Assembly (NCBI GenBank): GCA_002633005.1
Contig: NMRA01000336.1
Span: 205,836-269,835 of the forward strand
Source: Phoronis australis
Lineage: Eukaryota; Animalia; Phoronida
Direction of reading: 5' to 3'
DNA length: 64,000 bases
In this document: one piece after another, positions 62,371-64,000 of the stretch
Position numbering within the stretch: position 1 is the first letter of the stretch
Layout of the letters: each line of letters starts with the position of its first letter
The notes under the pieces: generated by a model
The model's database searches: none
What the model was told of the DNA's origin: nothing
What the model saw: the letters and a program-made list of their open reading frames with translations, nothing else
Translations under genes and position numbers: made by a program

Positions 62371-62743
62371 AAGTGTCACTTCAAATCTCCCGCCGCAGGA
62401 GTCGAGACATTTATTCGACCACAGTGATCTTTTATTGTGAGGTGACCCCGCTACTTGTGAGGTGAATTGAATACTCTTGCCACCCGCCAGGTAAGGCTGG
62501 GTAGGACTCAGAGTTCAACTATACGACATCGTTAAAAGCAAGATTTTGCGAGATTATGCGAGCTATTGTCGTGATTTTTGCCAGATTTTTAGTCCAGCCA
62601 CGAGACAGCTGCTGAACTTGTGTGAGTGTGGCCATAGTGAACCCATTTGCTTCGCTGAGTGCAAGAAACCACACGGAGCCGCGTACTAAGCTGTACAGTT
62701 CACTTGTCTCCAGACTCTCTAGATAGCTTCACGCTGTACGGGA

Positions 62744-62751
62744 TGACGTCA
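62744..62751 (+). promoter_or_regulatory. Full CRE (TGACGTCA) ~160 bp upstream of the ATG at 62905
   Basis: Perfect palindrome in a CpG-richer stretch. Function is not demonstrated. Confidence 0.3.
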
Positions 62752-62904
62752 CAGTGTCCCGGAAAACAGTTGGGTAACAAATCATCTAACCTTGCAGCTG
62801 TCTGTGCTTACAGGCGCTGTCGAGACAACGAAGTCTGTTGTTTTGCAAGTTACAGTACGTTGATTTGTGAAGAAGCGTGCTAAGGATCGAGGCTGAGTAC
62901 TGAG

Positions 62905-63049
62905 ATGTCTCTCAACGCACAAAATGACTTCAATTTCAACGGATATGTTCCCTACATCAAAGACGAGGGCGCTGGATTCAGTGATGAAGACCTCGTTTTA
63001 TGCTTTCGCTTACTGGAGGAGACAAGACCCGTCATATTACAAGCTTTAG
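62905..63049 (+). CDS. First coding exon of a plus-strand gene, possibly a SAM-dependent carboxyl methyltransferase (Methyltransf_7/SABATH-like); continues beyond the window
   Basis: MSLNAQNDFNFNGYVPYIKDEGAGFSDEDLVLCFRLLEETRPVILQAL then a strong donor TAG|gtaagt (phase 1). The YVPY...GAGF.....C.......P.IL.AL pattern recalls the N-terminus of invertebrate SABATH-like proteins (from memory, unverified). Confidence 0.5.
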
Positions 63050-64000
63050 GTAAGTCAATTTCAGCCGCACGCAATTGCTCCCAGCTCTTCTAGTTGGAAA
63101 ATGTAAAATAAGTTTCCAACTATAGTCTTCTGATTTACTCACTCGATATGTTTCTGTCTGACGAAAACTCGCGTAAGTTGGAATAGCCATTAGGCAACAC
63201 GTAGACCCTCGGCCTCGGTTGGCTAGACAATGACCATTGTCTCTATCCGGGCCATGATTTGTAGGGCTTCTAGAAAATGATTTTTGTGAGTACTTTAGGT
63301 GGGCAATTTTATTTTGGTGTTTTTTAATTCATTTACTTGAGTGTTTTCAAAATCTAAAATGTTTCCACTTGTAATGTTGCACATTTTTGAGAAATCTGAG
63401 TTTGAAGTTACATAATAATCACCAAAAAAGAGCTTAGTGAACTTATATTTGTGAAAACAACAGTTTTGCTATCTTTTTTGTAAAACAAGTAATATGGTCC
63501 CATCAATGGAACAATAATGCACTCACATTACATGTTTCACTATTGTAGACTAATTGTAAACAGTGAAATTAAAAAAATGTAAAGTGGCACTTAGTGGCAG
63601 AAATATGAACTAAGTTGGAATGTTACTAGAATCAGGAAGAGATAACCAGGAAGGGACAACTACCTAAACCGCCGTTTTTGGCCTCCTTCCCCAGACTAAT
63701 TTGAGGACTTAAGTTTCGTTTAAAAGGAAACAGATGATTTTATCAGAGAAATTAAAGCTTTTCCTATAGAAGGATATCAAAAAAACTCACTTTTCAACGT
63801 ACCTTAAACAGTGGTGTAATTGTACTTTGAAAATATCGACTTTAGCGCACGCAATCGCAATTTCCCACACGCAGTCACGGGTATTTAAGCTTTTCCGTCG
63901 ATGTATAGATGGCGCAGTAGTCAAGTACTCCCTCATTTGCATATCAAATTTGCATGTGGGAGTTCTGAGACTCTCGTCAGTTTAGTTGTTGTCGAGCGCT

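Overview
This is eukaryotic genomic DNA, not prokaryotic: AT-rich, with spliceosomal introns and many decayed transposons. It is probably from a lophotrochozoan invertebrate, inferred from a temptin-like sequence and the repeat types. The main feature is a complete minus-strand tau/MAP2/MAP4-family gene that the ORF track largely misses. I assembled it by hand from 14 coding exons (20685->896; 3828 nt; 1275 aa; all splice phases compatible). It has NINE microtubule-binding repeats. Repeats R2-R9 each sit on their own phase-0 exon of 90-99 nt. The gene also has a skippable 1491-nt acidic projection exon carrying clustered endocytic motifs (3 NPF, 2 DPF, DLLLDF), a 47-nt micro-exon, one GC-AG intron and an unusually long basic C-terminal tail. 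Candidate non-coding first exons lie at about 33.7-36.4 kb. The rest of the window is mostly mobile-element relics: Gypsy/Gmr1-like LTR elements, a nested solo LTR, a HERO-like RLE fragment, an L1/Tx1 LINE with target-site duplication (TSD), an Academ-like DNA transposon, a Penelope fragment with a degenerate hammerhead, HINE-like elements and MITEs. There is also a decayed temptin-like exon (~49 kb) and the first coding exon of a plus-strand gene (62905), possibly a SABATH-like methyltransferase. All calls come from manual reading; no searches were run.
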